Shown here: piece by piece, positions 1-8,239 of the stretch
Layout: each line of letters begins with the position of its first letter
How positions within the stretch are numbered: the stretch's first letter is position 1
Assembly (NCBI GenBank): GCA_038727095.1
Contig: JAVYWK010000005.1
Location: 19,340-83,339, forward strand
Reading direction: 5' to 3'
DNA length: 64,000 nucleotides
Source of the DNA: Thermofilaceae archaeon
GTDB lineage: Archaea; Thermoproteota; Thermoprotei; Thermofilales; Thermofilaceae
Notes under the pieces: generated by a model
The model's database searches: none
Seen by the model: only the letters and a program-made list of their open reading frames with translations
What the model was told of the DNA's origin: nothing
Translations under genes and position numbers: made by a program

Positions 1-108
1 GAACAGCTGCTCAAGCTCCTCTGGGCCAAGCATAGGGAAAAGGTGAGGTCCATGCTCGCACGAGCGGCACAGGGTGCTGGCCTCAGGGGCCCGCAGCGAC
101 GCCGCTGA
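1..108 (+). CDS. 3' end of an unidentified CDS entering from the left edge (partial)
   Basis: Frame 1 is open from base 1 (EQLLKLLWAKHREKVRSMLARAAQG...) to TGA at 106-108, convergent with the KITE gene. Confidence 0.45.
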   Translation, partial: EQLLKLLWAKHREKVRSMLARAAQGAGLRGPQRRR

Positions 109-634
109 AGCCGGCTAGCTTATCCAAGTCCACCTCGACACGGGCCCTCCAACCGATAGATACGGTGTCACCCTCCCCCTCCTCCAGGTAGCCGAGGCGT
201 ATGAGCCTCTCGAAGGTGTAGGTGAGCCGGGGCCCCTTAAACTTGGACTTCAGGATGCTCAGCAGCTCGCTGCGCGGCGCGCTCCCTCCCCTTGCTACGA
301 GGTAGAGGAGGGAGGAGGAGAGCACGGCTAGATCATCGATCCTCCAGCCGCTCGTCTTGGCCTCCTCGATGCTCGGGGGCTCCTTCAGGACGACTAGGAA
401 GAGAGCCTTCCTGAGGTCCCCCTCAAACTTCAGCTTCCTCCCCTCCTCGTCCACTGCGACCGCCTCGAGGCCCAGCACCTCGAGGATCGAGTTGAGGGCC
501 TTAACGACCTCCACGTAGTCTTCGCCCAATGCCCTAGCCAGCTCCCACCCTCTAACCCCCGGCCTAGCCCCGCTCCTGTAGAGGAGGAGCCTGGCTGCAC
601 GCTTGAGCTTCGCTGAGGGGACTCTAGCGGGCAT
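83..634 (-). CDS. KITE-family tandem winged-helix SMC subunit (Nse1/Nse3/ScpB-like)
   Basis: 183 aa with two WH-like units (GWELARALG...LNSILEVLGLEAV; PRSELLSIL...FERLIRLGYLEE). C-terminal SIGWRARVE resembles the GPRA..E motif of Nse1/MAGE. Overlaps the kleisin gene. Confidence 0.65.
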   Translation of the reverse strand: MPARVPSAKLKRAARLLLYRSGARPGVRGWELARALGEDYVEVVKALNSILEVLGLEAVAVDEEGRKLKFEGDLRKALFLVVLKEPPSIEEAKTSGWRIDDLAVLSSSLLYLVARGGSAPRSELLSILKSKFKGPRLTYTFERLIRLGYLEEGEGDTVSIGWRARVEVDLDKLAGFSGVAAGP

Positions 635-1373
635 CCTCCACCACCCGCTCTAGCGGTATCGCCAGGGACGAAGCTTCCCCGCCGCCGCTCCTCGTGACGT
701 AGAACTCGTCGGCTAGGGGGTCGTAGACCACAGAGAACTCCCCGCTGCTGGCGAGGAGCGAGAGAGCGTACGCGTTCAAGTAAGTCTCGTAGCTGCTCCC
801 GCCCCGAACGGCCTCCGCGTAGCTCACCGCTTCCTCAACCTCCAGCAGCCGGTTCAGCCTCCCCCTCACCCTTTCAACCACCTTCTCTAGCTCAACCTGG
901 GAGAGGATTCCCAGCTCAGCCGCAAGCTCGCGCGTCGCAACCAGCGTCTGCTCCTCCCCACCCTCGAAGGCTGCCCTCGGCTTCCTACCGCCCATGTACT
1001 CGACGGCCCTCAGGATGTCGGTGAACGTGACCTGCTCCAGCTCGACAATCGGCCTCCACGCGCCGAGGAGTTGGAGGGCCAGCTCCCTCTCCCCCAGCGC
1101 GTGCACCTTCAGCGCGGCCACGAGGCGGCCCAAAGCCACGGCTGAGGCCTCGCTGGCCAGCCACTCCTCCTGCCTTCTCACGACCTCGGCCAGCCTGTAG
1201 ATCAGCTCCGCGTCCAGTGGCAGCTCCTCCACCTTGAGCTTCGGTAGGAGTGAAGCCAGCTCGTCGAGCAGCTCCTTTACCCTAACCCTGAAGGGGTCAG
1301 GTGAGGCTCTCAGGGTTTCAACGATCTCCTCCAGGATTTCCCTTAACCTACCCTCAGCTGACACGTCCCCCAC
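624..1373 (-). CDS. Kleisin (ScpA/Nse4-like) SMC subunit
   Basis: N-terminal DPFRVRVKELLDEL resembles ScpA DPWDIDI. C-terminal WH (VSYAEAV...YLNAYALSLLASSGEFSVVYDPLADEFYV) resembles the ScpA C-terminus. Lies between the SMC and KITE genes. Confidence 0.7.
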   Translation of the reverse strand: MGDVSAEGRLREILEEIVETLRASPDPFRVRVKELLDELASLLPKLKVEELPLDAELIYRLAEVVRRQEEWLASEASAVALGRLVAALKVHALGERELALQLLGAWRPIVELEQVTFTDILRAVEYMGGRKPRAAFEGGEEQTLVATRELAAELGILSQVELEKVVERVRGRLNRLLEVEEAVSYAEAVRGGSSYETYLNAYALSLLASSGEFSVVYDPLADEFYVTRSGGGEASSLAIPLERVVEDAR

Positions 1374-3090
1374 CCCTGCTCAGCGAGACGAGCGTCCTTC
1401 CCCGGACCTTCTGTATGAGGAGCGTGTGGGCGTTCTCGGGCAGCTTAGTGAGGGGGCCCGGTGTGATCACGACGTACTGGACGCCCGGGCTCGCCTCAGC
1501 GAGCTCGAAAACTATGTTTAGCACAGCATCCCTGTTGCGCGGGTCCATATGCACGTCGAACTCGTCCACGGCTCTGAAGGGGGATTTAACGTGGTTCTGG
1601 AGGGCGAGGAAGAAGCAGACGACTGCGGCGGTCCTCTCACCCCCGCTCAGGGAGTAGGGGTTGAGCGGTGCGGGTGCGGCACCGCCGTAACCGACGAGGA
1701 TCTCGAGGCCCGCGCTCTCAACGTCCCCGCTCTCCGCCAACCTGACGCTGCCGCTGGCCCCCAACCTGGCCAGCATTGCGGAGAACAGCTTGTCGACGTC
1801 CTCCACAACCGCGGACACCTTCTCCCTCCAGAGGCTGATCCGCTTCTCCAGCTCCTCCTCCAACCTCCTCTTGTTCTCCTCCAGCTCCACAGCCCTCTTC
1901 TCCAGCTCTCGGTACTCTTCGAGGAGCTTCCCGTAGGCCTCCTCAACCTCCGCCGGTATCTCGCCGATGGCCGCGAGGGAGAGCTCCACCGACCGGATCT
2001 CCTCCTGTATCTCCACAACGCTCCTCACCGATTCCACCCTCTCGCCCTCCTCGAGCGCCTTCTCCTCGAGCGCCCTAACCTTCTCCGCAGCCCTGCGGCG
2101 GCGGGCCTCCAACTCCTCCCGCTCAGCGATCAGAAGCCTACGCTCGAAGGCTTTCACGCGGGCCGACGCGACCACTTCGACCAGCCCCTCCCAGACGCTG
2201 CGCAGCATCGCCAGACCCTCGGCAAGGCCCAGTGCGCCGCTGGTGATCTGCCGCTCAATTGAGCCCAGCTCAGCCCTCAGCTCCCCCTCCCTCGAGCCTA
2301 GCACCCCCAGCGCCTCCTCCACCCCCTTCAGCTCCAGCGTAACCCTGCTGAGCTCCTCCTCAACCGCCCTCAGGTCGGCCTCCGCGTCCCGCACTCTGGC
2401 CCAGGCGAGCTCCCTACGCAGCAGCTTGAGGCTCTCCTCGAGCGCCCTCCTCCTCCTGTACCTCTCGTAAACCTCGCTCCAGTACTTGAGAGCCTCCCGG
2501 GCTCTAGCGAGCGCGCTTTTAGCCTCCTCCGCGCTCTTCGCGCCTTCAGCTAGCATCCTCTTCGCCGCCAGTACCCTCTCCCTGTACCCCGCCAGGCCCA
2601 CGGCTTCCTCGAGCAGCCTGAGCCTCTCCTGGGGCGAGAGGAAGGCGAACTCCTCCACCACGCCCTGGTGCATGATGATCAGCGCGTTGTCGGGGTCTAG
2701 GCCCAGCCTCGATAGGTACCTCTTGACCTCAGCCTTCGTGACAACCCTCCCGTTCACTTCGTGCCAGTACTGGCCGTCGATCCTCAGGTACCGCGTGAAG
2801 AACACCTCGTCGCTCCGGAACCAGGGGAGGGGGCGGCGCCCATCCACGGGGCGATTGTCGATGACAACCGTCACTCGGGCTGCCTCCTCGCCGCGCCTAA
2901 TCAGGTCGCTCAACCTGCGCCCCCTCTCCGTGTACGTCTGACCGAGCGCAACGCTGATGCCGAGGAGGAGGCTGCTCTTACCCGAACCGTTGGGCCCCGT
3001 GACTATGTTGATGCCCGGCGCTAGGGGGACCCTAGCGTACTTGTAGCTCATGAAGTTCTCCAGCACAACTTCCTTGATTAGCGCGGGCAC
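1354..3090 (-). CDS. SMC-family ATPase, Smc5/6-like, short coiled coil
   Basis: 578 aa. LENFMSY, Walker A GPNGSGKS, Q-loop IIMHQ, coiled coil, signature LSGGER, Walker B/D-loop PFRAVDEFDVHMD, QYVVITP. Confidence 0.92.
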   Translation of the reverse strand: MPALIKEVVLENFMSYKYARVPLAPGINIVTGPNGSGKSSLLLGISVALGQTYTERGRRLSDLIRRGEEAARVTVVIDNRPVDGRRPLPWFRSDEVFFTRYLRIDGQYWHEVNGRVVTKAEVKRYLSRLGLDPDNALIIMHQGVVEEFAFLSPQERLRLLEEAVGLAGYRERVLAAKRMLAEGAKSAEEAKSALARAREALKYWSEVYERYRRRRALEESLKLLRRELAWARVRDAEADLRAVEEELSRVTLELKGVEEALGVLGSREGELRAELGSIERQITSGALGLAEGLAMLRSVWEGLVEVVASARVKAFERRLLIAEREELEARRRRAAEKVRALEEKALEEGERVESVRSVVEIQEEIRSVELSLAAIGEIPAEVEEAYGKLLEEYRELEKRAVELEENKRRLEEELEKRISLWREKVSAVVEDVDKLFSAMLARLGASGSVRLAESGDVESAGLEILVGYGGAAPAPLNPYSLSGGERTAAVVCFFLALQNHVKSPFRAVDEFDVHMDPRNRDAVLNIVFELAEASPGVQYVVITPGPLTKLPENAHTLLIQKVRGRTLVSLSRGGGRVS

Positions 3091-3128
3091 CTCGTTGGTT
3101 GGGGAACCGCCGGCTATAACGCTATTCC

Positions 3129-4154
3129 CTAGAAGAACGACTCAAGCGTGCTCTGGCGGGCTCTCGCCCAGGCCTTCTCCAGCCTGGCGATCACGAGCTC
3201 GGCTCTATCGTGCGAGAAGCTGTTCTCCTCGACCAGGAACCTGTACAGCTCCTCGCTCTGGGGCTCGGCGGAGACGATCTCGTAGTCCTCCCTCACGGGA
3301 GGGTTGAGGAAGAGCTCAACGATCTCGCGGTAGTTGGCTGGCAGTAGCTCCCTGATCCTCGAGGGCAGCCGATCGAGGCTCCCGTACAGCTTGATGAGCT
3401 TGTACGCCCTCTTCGGCCCAATCCCCTTCACACCCCTGTTGTAGTCGGTCCCCGAGAGCACGGCTACCTCGACCAACTGCCTGCGCGTCAGCTGGAGGGA
3501 GCCGAGAAGCCTGTCGAGCTCGACCAGCTCGGGCTCCAGCTTCCTCGCCGCCATCTTGCTGGGAAGCCACTCGAAACCCGTCAGCGTCACGTACCTCACG
3601 AGCCGGGGGGCGCCGTACAGCAGCGAGTCCCAATCCTGGCTGGCCACCGCCCAAGCCTCCCCCCTCGAGACGATGAGCGCGGCCTGAGCCTCAGCGTCGT
3701 GGGGAGCGTCGACGATGGGGAAGCCTATGAGCTTGAGCAGCTTCCTGCTGCTCCCGAGGATCCACTCATCCACGCTCGCCGACACCACGGCCTTGGAGAA
3801 GGCCTTCTCGTACTCGCCCGCTTCGATCAGCCTCCTGTACTCCTCCAGCGCCCTCTCCCTCAGCTCCCTCCTCCTCGCGATCTCCGCCCGCTTGAGGGGG
3901 TGCGGGGGGCCGTCGAAGACGAAAATGAACTTGCAGTTGTGCTCGAAGGCGAGCCTGGAGAAGCGGGTCGCCAAGCCTACAAGGTGCGAAGTGACTTGGC
4001 CCCTGCTGTTCCTCAACGGCTCGCCCCTCGTATCCCTGACCAGTGCGAGGAACTGGTAGATAGCGTTCAGCGCGTCGACGGCCAGCACTTTACCCTCCAA
4101 GCCCTTCAGCCCGATCCTCTCCGGCTTAGTTAGGGGGGTGAGTTTCGAGCCCAT
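3129..4154 (-). CDS. fen: Flap endonuclease 1
   Basis: AVDALNAIYQFL, FVFDG, DAEAQAA, SQDWDSLLYG, GTDYN.GVKGIGPK and C-terminal PIP box QSTLESFF. Confidence 0.97.
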   Translation of the reverse strand: MGSKLTPLTKPERIGLKGLEGKVLAVDALNAIYQFLALVRDTRGEPLRNSRGQVTSHLVGLATRFSRLAFEHNCKFIFVFDGPPHPLKRAEIARRRELRERALEEYRRLIEAGEYEKAFSKAVVSASVDEWILGSSRKLLKLIGFPIVDAPHDAEAQAALIVSRGEAWAVASQDWDSLLYGAPRLVRYVTLTGFEWLPSKMAARKLEPELVELDRLLGSLQLTRRQLVEVAVLSGTDYNRGVKGIGPKRAYKLIKLYGSLDRLPSRIRELLPANYREIVELFLNPPVREDYEIVSAEPQSEELYRFLVEENSFSHDRAELVIARLEKAWARARQSTLESFF

Positions 4155-4157
4155 CCT

Positions 4158-5330
4158 TCAGCCGGCGAATTCCCACTCCTCCAGGTTGGCTGCGATGTCC
4201 TGAAGCAGCTCTCTCGAAGCGTCTCTCGGCAGCGCGAGGAAGAGCTTCACCAGGTGCTTGCAGAACCTCTTCGACTCCAGCGACTTCCTCCAATCCTCGC
4301 AGTCGTGGTAGAGCCTCCGACCCACTCGGTCCACCTCGACGCGGTAGCTCTTCACGCGGGCTGTAACCCCCTCGCTCGTCAGCGTGTACTGGACCTCCGC
4401 GTCGACGATTTCGAGAGCCCGCTGGAACCTCCGATCACCGGCTAAAGCCTTCAGGAACTCCTCGATCCTACCTTCCTCCAGCTCGCGGACCACGCTTTTA
4501 GCGACTGGAGGGGCTGAGGAGAAGTACCTGTCCATCCGAGACAGCATCTCCAGCTGCCGGCTGTCCGCGAGGCCCAGCAGCGCGAGCATCTGGAGGGCGT
4601 TGTGGGGGGCGAAGCCCCTGAAGTGGTTGTTGAAGTAGCCGAGGAGCAGCTCAACCTGCTCCGCCAGTTGCCTCACCTTTTCGGCCCACGGCTTCAGCTC
4701 CTCGAGGCTGTAGTGGTAGTAGTACCATGGTCGCTCCCCCCTCCCGTGCCACCTCACGTACGCGAACCCGGCGGTCACTTCAGTTATGGGAGGGAGAAGG
4801 GGTTCGTCGACGATGACGTAGGCCACCCCGTACCTCCTGAGCAGGTTGAAGACCTCGCTGTTGATCCAGCTCGGGTCGCGGAACTCCACTGCGAACCTCA
4901 CGCCCTGGGGGAGTAGGGCGAGGAACTCCTCGAACCAAGGCAGCTCCCACCTCTCCTTCGGTGGGAGCTGGATGAGCACCGCACCCAGCTTCTTCTGCCT
5001 GGCGAGGGGATGGATGGACTTTAGGAAGGCGTTGAGCTCGGCTTCGACGAACTTCGGGTTCAGCAGCCTCTTGTGCGTGACCCCCCTGTACATCTTCACT
5101 GAGAAGTAGAAGCCCGGTGGGGCTGACCTGGCGAGCCCCTCGTAGAACCTCTCGCTCAGCAGGGTGTAGAACGAGGAGTTGACCTCAACAGTGTCGAACA
5201 GCTTCGCGTAGCTGGTGAACATGCCCCTGTCGCTATCGTAGAAGGGGCCGACCCAGTCGTCGTAGTCCCAGCCCGAAGTACCGATCCGGATCCTCGACCG
5301 CGGCAGCCCCAGGAACTCGTCCAGCGACAT
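4158..5330 (-). CDS. DUF72 (YecE-like TIM barrel) fused to a C-terminal SWIM-type Zn finger
   Basis: IGTSGWDY, VEVNSSFY, LIQLPP, AVEFR, YVRWHG, YFNN, then HDCEDW...FCKHLVK. Start moved to ATG 5330 (track ORF extends to 5384). Confidence 0.88.
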   Translation of the reverse strand: MSLDEFLGLPRSRIRIGTSGWDYDDWVGPFYDSDRGMFTSYAKLFDTVEVNSSFYTLLSERFYEGLARSAPPGFYFSVKMYRGVTHKRLLNPKFVEAELNAFLKSIHPLARQKKLGAVLIQLPPKERWELPWFEEFLALLPQGVRFAVEFRDPSWINSEVFNLLRRYGVAYVIVDEPLLPPITEVTAGFAYVRWHGRGERPWYYYHYSLEELKPWAEKVRQLAEQVELLLGYFNNHFRGFAPHNALQMLALLGLADSRQLEMLSRMDRYFSSAPPVAKSVVRELEEGRIEEFLKALAGDRRFQRALEIVDAEVQYTLTSEGVTARVKSYRVEVDRVGRRLYHDCEDWRKSLESKRFCKHLVKLFLALPRDASRELLQDIAANLEEWEFAG

Positions 5331-5373
5331 CACCGGCAAGACCACGGCCCGCGTAAATATGCAGCGCGCAATC

Positions 5374-5404
5374 CTAGTAGTCATCTTTATATTCTAGTTT
5401 TCAT
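5374..5404 (+). promoter_or_regulatory. vapBC promoter: TATA flanked by a direct repeat (possible antitoxin operator)
   Basis: TTTATAT at 5386-5392 lies between CTAGTAGTCAT (5374-5384) and CTAGTTTTCAT (5394-5404), about 23 nt before GTG 5415. Confidence 0.45.
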
Positions 5405-5414
5405 TCTCAATCTC

Positions 5415-5630
5415 GTGAGGGTTAAGGTCACCAGGAACTACCAAGTCACCATACCGGTGGAGGTGAGAGAGGCTTTGGGGATTAGGGAGGGGGACTACGT
5501 GGAGTTCGAGCTGCAGGATGGCGTAGCCCTGCTGAAGCCTGTGAGGAGGAAGTGGTCGACGATCAAGCTCGGTAGTGCGCTGAGCGTCGAGGAGATCGAG
5601 GAGATCGCCGATAGAGCGTTCTCGCCCTAG
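5415..5630 (+). CDS. vapB: AbrB/MazE-type antitoxin
   Basis: VKVTRNYQVTIPVEVREALGIREGDYVEF (SpoVT/AbrB motif), directly upstream of a PIN gene. Confidence 0.92.
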   Translation: MRVKVTRNYQVTIPVEVREALGIREGDYVEFELQDGVALLKPVRRKWSTIKLGSALSVEEIEEIADRAFSP

Positions 5631-5633
5631 GGC

Positions 5634-6023
5634 ATGCTCGTCCTTGACACCAACGTGCTCGTCTACGCGAGCGTGGAGGACAGCGAGTTCCACGAGGAGA
5701 GCTTGAAGCTGCTCAACGAGAGGGACTCTGTGATACCGCAGATCGTGGTTTACGAGTACATCAGGGTTATTGCGGAGCTTACTCGGGACCCCCTGTTTGT
5801 CTTAACGAAGATCTGGGAGCTGGCGGAGTACAACGTTCTATGCGAGCCGCTTCACGTCGTTCAGAGGGGTGTGCAGCTCTGGACGGAGCGCAACGCCCCC
5901 ATCAGGGAGCTGAACGATTGTGTTATCCTCGCTTTAGCCCTCACGCTCAACGCTGAGCTCGCAACGTACGACAGGAAGCTTAGGCGGCTCGCTGAAGAGC
6001 TGGGAGTGCCAACGCGCCCCTAG
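5634..6023 (+). CDS. vapC: PIN-domain toxin
   Basis: VLDTNVLV...YE...NDCVI...LATYDRKL. Confidence 0.93.
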   Translation: MLVLDTNVLVYASVEDSEFHEESLKLLNERDSVIPQIVVYEYIRVIAELTRDPLFVLTKIWELAEYNVLCEPLHVVQRGVQLWTERNAPIRELNDCVILALALTLNAELATYDRKLRRLAEELGVPTRP

Positions 6024-6105
6024 AGCCCCGCGAGTGAACCCCTCGCTGCGGAAAACCGCTCCACCGCGCCGGCGGGCGCGATACCGTTAATTCCGAGCGG
6101 TCGGA

Positions 6106-7119
6106 GTGCCCCCTGTGGCGAAGCTTAGGGTCGGCATCATCGGTTTAGCACACGTCCATGCTCCCGGTCACATCGAGCAGTTGAAGGCTCGCCCCGACGT
6201 GGAGATCGTGGGGGCTTACGATCACGACGAGCAGAGGGGGCTTCAGCTGTCCTCGAGGTACGGTATCAAGTTCTACAGCAGGCTTGAGGCCCTGCTCGCG
6301 GAGGGGCTGGACCTCGCCGTCATCGATAGCGAGAACAGCATGCACGGGGAGCACGTGAAGGCTGCCGCTGAGAGGGGTATCCACGTGTTCTGCGAGAAAC
6401 CCATCGGCTCCGACCTCCGGATGGCCCTGGAGATCCGCAGCATCGTGAGGAGGCACGGCATCCTCTTCACGACAGGGTTCAACTCCCGCTTCAACCCCGA
6501 GATCCTCAAGCTGAGGGAGCTGGTGCAGAGCGGCGAACTAGGCCGCGTGTGCATGGCTAGGGTGAGGGTTGCGCACTCAGCGGCAATCGACCGCTGGTTC
6601 AGCGGCTGGTCAGCCTGGTTTGCGTCGCGCGAGCTCGCGGGTGGCGGGGGTTTCCTCGACCTGGGCATCCACGGCGCTGATCTACTCAGGTTCGTGCTCG
6701 GGGAGGAGGCTGTCGAAGTGCAGGGCTTCACGGGAAACGCGACGGAAGCCTACAGCATCGACGATCAGGGGGTGGGCGTCATCCGGTTCTCCGGGGGCGC
6801 GCTGGGGATCCTCGACGCCGGCTGGACCCAGCTAGTCGAGCACATGCCCTGGTCCCCCCTGGAGGTTTACGGCAGCAGAGGATCGGCGCTGAGGACTTGG
6901 ATCGGGCTCATGTACTACACCAGGGAGAAGGGGTGGGTCAAGCCGGTTCCACCGCAGCCACCCGCGCGCAACGCCCTCGACGACATCATCGAGGCTGTCA
7001 AGACCAATAGAAGCCCATTGATCACTGTGGATGATACAGTCAAAGCTCAGGAGATCATAGAAGCCATATACTTCAGTAGCAGAGAGGGTATGAGCGTAAA
7101 ACTGCCGCTGACCGGCTAG
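6106..7119 (+). CDS. Gfo/Idh/MocA family NAD(P)-dependent oxidoreductase
   Basis: RVGIIG Rossmann start, HVFCEKP, GFNSRF, GGGGFLDLGIHGAD. Confidence 0.93.
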   Translation: MPPVAKLRVGIIGLAHVHAPGHIEQLKARPDVEIVGAYDHDEQRGLQLSSRYGIKFYSRLEALLAEGLDLAVIDSENSMHGEHVKAAAERGIHVFCEKPIGSDLRMALEIRSIVRRHGILFTTGFNSRFNPEILKLRELVQSGELGRVCMARVRVAHSAAIDRWFSGWSAWFASRELAGGGGFLDLGIHGADLLRFVLGEEAVEVQGFTGNATEAYSIDDQGVGVIRFSGGALGILDAGWTQLVEHMPWSPLEVYGSRGSALRTWIGLMYYTREKGWVKPVPPQPPARNALDDIIEAVKTNRSPLITVDDTVKAQEIIEAIYFSSREGMSVKLPLTG

Positions 7120-7146
7120 TAGACCGAGCGCAAAAACAAGCTCAAG

Positions 7147-7154
7147 TTTTTAAG
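7147..7154 (+). promoter_or_regulatory. TATA box of the C/D sRNA
   Basis: TTTTTAAG about 23 nt upstream of box C at 7178. Confidence 0.55.
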
Positions 7155-7175
7155 GACCCCTTTCCTCATCTCCAT

Positions 7176-7229
7176 GGATGATGTGTTTGCCGAGTGATGA
7201 CCTATGATTAATCATTCATGAGCTGACAC
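7176..7229 (+). ncRNA. Box C/D methylation-guide sRNA
   Basis: C ATGATGT 7178-7184; 12-nt guide; D' ATGA 7197-7200; C' ATGATTA 7204-7210; 12-nt guide; D CTGA 7223-7226. Guide GTTTGCCGAGT is complementary to the conserved 23S rRNA segment ACUCGGCAAAC. Confidence 0.8.
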
Positions 7230-7369
7230 CACACTCGTATTTGGTTATGGTTGTTTTCCTCTACAAGGTCCCCATACCTTGCAACTGATGAAATAGCGCG
7301 TTGCGGCTCGCCGATGCTGCGTTTAGTTCATAGTAGCTAAAGTTACATAATAAAAATTTTTCCGAATTT

Positions 7370-7644
7370 GTGAGGACTAAAGTTCTAGAAACTACCAAGT
7401 TACGATATTATTGGGGATTAAAGAGGCTTTGGGCATTAGGGGAGGGCAAATACTAGAGTTTGAAGTGCAGAGGGACGACACCCCGCTGAAGCATGTGGAG
7501 AAGAAAGAGTCGACGATCAAGCTGGTCCAGTAACTTGACGTTAGAGAAATCAAGAGGTCACGGAACAGGTACTCCCTTTAAGCATGTTCGTTCTCGACAC
7601 TAACGTGTTCATTTACGCTAGCGTGGAGGATAGCGAGTCCCATC
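7370..7644 (+). pseudogene. Decayed vapBC copy (frameshifted vapB plus 5' fragment of vapC)
   Basis: Colinear with 5415-5694 (GTGAGG..AACTACCAAGT..GAGGCTTTGGG.ATTAGG..TCGACGATCAAGCT..ATG.TCG...GACAC.AACGTG). 1-nt deletion near 7385 and an in-frame TAA near 7531; vapC similarity ends after DSE.H. Confidence 0.88.
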
Positions 7645-8200
7645 GGCCTGATGGTCATCTATTCTCTTTGCTCTCAAGAGTAACGATTTACATCGATTTC
7701 CTCCTTATCCATATGAAGACGTCATATATCGCTGCCTCCTTGTTTTCTAGCTGGTTTACACGCTTCAGTCCACCGTGATGAAAAGCAGGAGGTCCTCCAC
7801 CCTCGCCCGATCTTCAGCCATCATGAGGTTATTCACCGTGAGCTGCTCGCGCGACATGCACACTCAGTTAAATGATTAGCGCTTTCCCCCACTTATAGGC
7901 AGCAAGCTGATGATGTGGCCCGCGAACACCATTGGCAACAGAATCATTTCTCTTACTTCACCCTCCAGCCTCTTCATGTTCCTGCTCAAGCTCGAGCACT
8001 CACCTCTAAGAGCTGCGATTCCGCCTCGCTGACGCCGCAAGAAGGGCTATAAGGGGGAAGAGTAGGTGCAAGTACTGCCACGACTGCTTCAAGTTCGGGG
8101 GCTTAGTCTACAGCACGGAGGTGTAGTTCGCTTGAGGAGGTGGAACGCAGCTCTCTCTTACTGCTCCATTAGATCGTCGTGAAGCTAAATACTCATCTAG

Positions 8201-8218
8201 TTTTCCAATATTTTAAGG
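8201..8218 (+). repeat. 18-bp exact direct repeat, copy 1 (TTTTCCAATATTTTAAGG)
   Basis: Identical to 26411-26428. Confidence 0.85.
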
Positions 8219-8239
8219 TAAATCGGTGGGCGAGATGAG

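Noticed and set aside
83-3090. Wadjet/MksBEFG plasmid-defence system
   Set aside because: No JetD/MksG Toprim nuclease is adjacent, the SMC is far shorter than JetC, and its motifs are Smc5/6-like
7285-7340. CTGATGA box-C-like motif downstream of the first sRNA
   Set aside because: No properly spaced D'/D boxes
7650-8200. Fragmentary reading frames (GHIISLL.. on minus; RCKYCHDC on plus)
   Set aside because: Probably gene debris, but too degraded to assign and lacking starts
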